DNA of 64,000 nucleotides, taken from IMG/VR virus record IMGVR_UViG_3300025072_002801; one strand, 5' to 3'. Position 1 is the first letter of the stretch. Every line of letters starts with the position of its first letter. A model generated the notes under the pieces. The model did not search any database, was not told the DNA's origin, and worked only from the letters and a program-made list of their open reading frames with translations. The stretch comes from a virus (taxonomy: Duplodnaviria; Heunggongvirae; Uroviricota; Caudoviricetes). This document shows, piece after piece, positions 63,101 through 64,000 of the stretch. Both the position numbers and the translations under genes were made by a program.

Positions 63101-63171
63101 AGGTGTGTAGTGTAGTGGTAGCACGACTATCTCCAAAATAGTAAGTCGAGGTTCGATTCCTTGCATGCCTG
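63101..63171 (+). tRNA. tRNA-Trp (CCA)
   Basis: Acceptor AGGTGTG/CATGCCT (two G-U pairs), D arm GTGT-AGTGGTA-GCAC, anticodon stem ACTAT/ATAGT with loop CTCCAAA, T arm CGAGG-TTCGATT-CCTTG. Confidence 0.8.
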
Positions 63172-63180
63172 CTTGATGAT

Positions 63181-63228
63181 TGCGGTTGAATTCCGCACTT
63201 AACAGGTTCGATTCCTGGTTTGGGGCAC
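63181..63228 (+). other. tRNA 3'-half-like fragment (anticodon-arm-like TGCGG-TTGAATT-CCGCA with GAA, plus T-arm-like CAGG-TTCGATT-CCTG) lacking acceptor and D arms
   Basis: Hand folding; no complementary 5' acceptor strand found upstream. Confidence 0.3.
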
Positions 63229-63269
63229 TCCCCCAGATGTGGTGATTATGGCTATGACACACATCATAC

Positions 63270-63343
63270 GGTAGCGTAGTGTAGTGGTTTCTGCACACCT
63301 GTCTGTCGAACAGGAAGCGTGAGTTCAATTCTCATCGTTACCG
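63270..63343 (+). tRNA. tRNA-Asp (GTC)
   Basis: Acceptor GGTAGCG/CGTTACC, D arm GTGT-AGTGGTTTCT-GCAC, anticodon stem CCTGT/ACAGG with loop CTGTCGA, T arm GTGAG-TTCAATT-CTCAT, discriminator G. Confidence 0.85.
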
Positions 63344-63388
63344 CTTAGGGTTCGATTCACAAATGTCTGCAATTTACTATATAATTGT

Positions 63389-64000
63389 ATGGCATATAAA
63401 GATCGAAAAAAACAATTGAAGTATCAGTCAGAGCATTATCAATTAAATAAAGAAATTTATAAAGAGAGATTAAGGCAAAGACGTTCTTCGAATAAGGAAT
63501 TTGTAAACGACATAAAAAGTAAAGGCAAGTGCAAATGTGGAGAAAATGATATTGATTGCTTGGATTATCATCACTTAAATCAAGAAGATAAATGTTTTTC
63601 AATAAATTACGCAGTTAAACAAGGTTATTCTGAAAAGAGAATACTTGAAGAGATTGAAAAGTGTGAATTAATTTGTGCAAATTGTCATTCGATTTTGCAT
63701 GAAAGGACAATAGTTGAATACACGTCGAAGAGAAGAGAGAGAAATGCGAATTGGTTGAAAGAATATAAAAGCGACAAACATTGCAGTGTTTGTGGAAAAG
63801 ATGATCAAAGGTATTTGTGTTTTCATCACATAAAAGATAAAGATAAAAAAGATGCAGTTGCAAATATGGCTACAAGCAGTTATTCAATCTCTTCAATTTT
63901 GAAAGAGATTGAAAAATGCATAATATTATGTTCGAATTGCCATCGGAAAAAGCATAAAGGAAATCGTTGGCTGGGAAGTAGTTGTAAGAAGAATAATTAA
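63389..64000 (+). CDS. HNH endonuclease with two tandem HNH/zinc-finger modules
   Basis: CKCGENDIDCLDYHHLNQ...CELICANCHSILHE and CSVCGKDDQRYLCFHHIKDK...CIILCSNCHRKKH (Cx2C...HH...Cx2CH twice); stop at the last codon of the window. Confidence 0.65.
   Translation: MAYKDRKKQLKYQSEHYQLNKEIYKERLRQRRSSNKEFVNDIKSKGKCKCGENDIDCLDYHHLNQEDKCFSINYAVKQGYSEKRILEEIEKCELICANCHSILHERTIVEYTSKRRERNANWLKEYKSDKHCSVCGKDDQRYLCFHHIKDKDKKDAVANMATSSYSISSILKEIEKCIILCSNCHRKKHKGNRWLGSSCKKNN

Noticed and set aside
1-64000. Possibility that this is a eukaryote-infecting giant virus (MIB/HERC2, MORN, E1/E2/Ubl, TnpB all occur in NCLDV)
   Set aside because: The translation factors are bacterial (IF-1, IF-3, bS21, PDF). The initiator tRNA is bacterial-type. 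The promoters are sigma-70 consensus with Shine-Dalgarno sites. A sigma factor and a T4-like terminase domain are present. So a bacteriophage is far more likely.

Overview
This 64 kb window is an almost entirely plus-strand, densely packed, AT-rich (judged by eye) coding region. It reads as a segment of a large dsDNA bacteriophage (jumbo or 'huge' phage type), not a cellular chromosome or a eukaryotic giant virus. The evidence for a phage of bacteria is: bacterial-type translation genes (IF-1, IF-3, ribosomal protein bS21, peptide deformylase); a tRNA cluster that includes an initiator-type tRNA-Met with a 1-72 mismatch; a sigma-70-family sigma factor; PhoH; a T4-like terminase ATPase domain; an RNA ligase; MORN-repeat proteins; HNH and LAGLIDADG homing endonucleases; an IS605-family TnpB element; and at least ten near-consensus sigma-70-like promoters of the form TTnACA-N17-(AAG)TATAAT. 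Four blocks stand out. (1) 52.6-60.3 kb: a ubiquitin-like conjugation cassette (JAB/MPN+ peptidase, E1-like ThiF/MoeB enzyme, a ThiS/MoaD-like beta-grasp protein with an acidic tail, and two paralogous proteins carrying degenerate UBC/E2-like HPN-Cys motifs), followed by six tandem paralogous genes that each encode a eukaryote-type MIB/HERC2 domain. (2) 4.9-15.0 kb: five translationally coupled paralogous genes built from about 25 copies of a ~67-aa lysine-rich module that always ends in APHWF and has a Ser/Thr/Cys/Tyr-rich variable segment. The array is interrupted by an SF2 helicase and is followed by two GT9 (heptosyltransferase-like) glycosyltransferase paralogs with Cys-rich inserts. (3) A dCMP-deaminase plus Dam-methyltransferase cassette flanked by two MORN genes with identical 5' ends. 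(4) Metabolic genes: a TPP-dependent 2-keto-acid decarboxylase plus aldehyde dehydrogenase, an NAD-dependent sugar epimerase/dehydratase, a GT2 enzyme, IscA and thioredoxin. All annotations come from reading the translations and the DNA. No database search was run.
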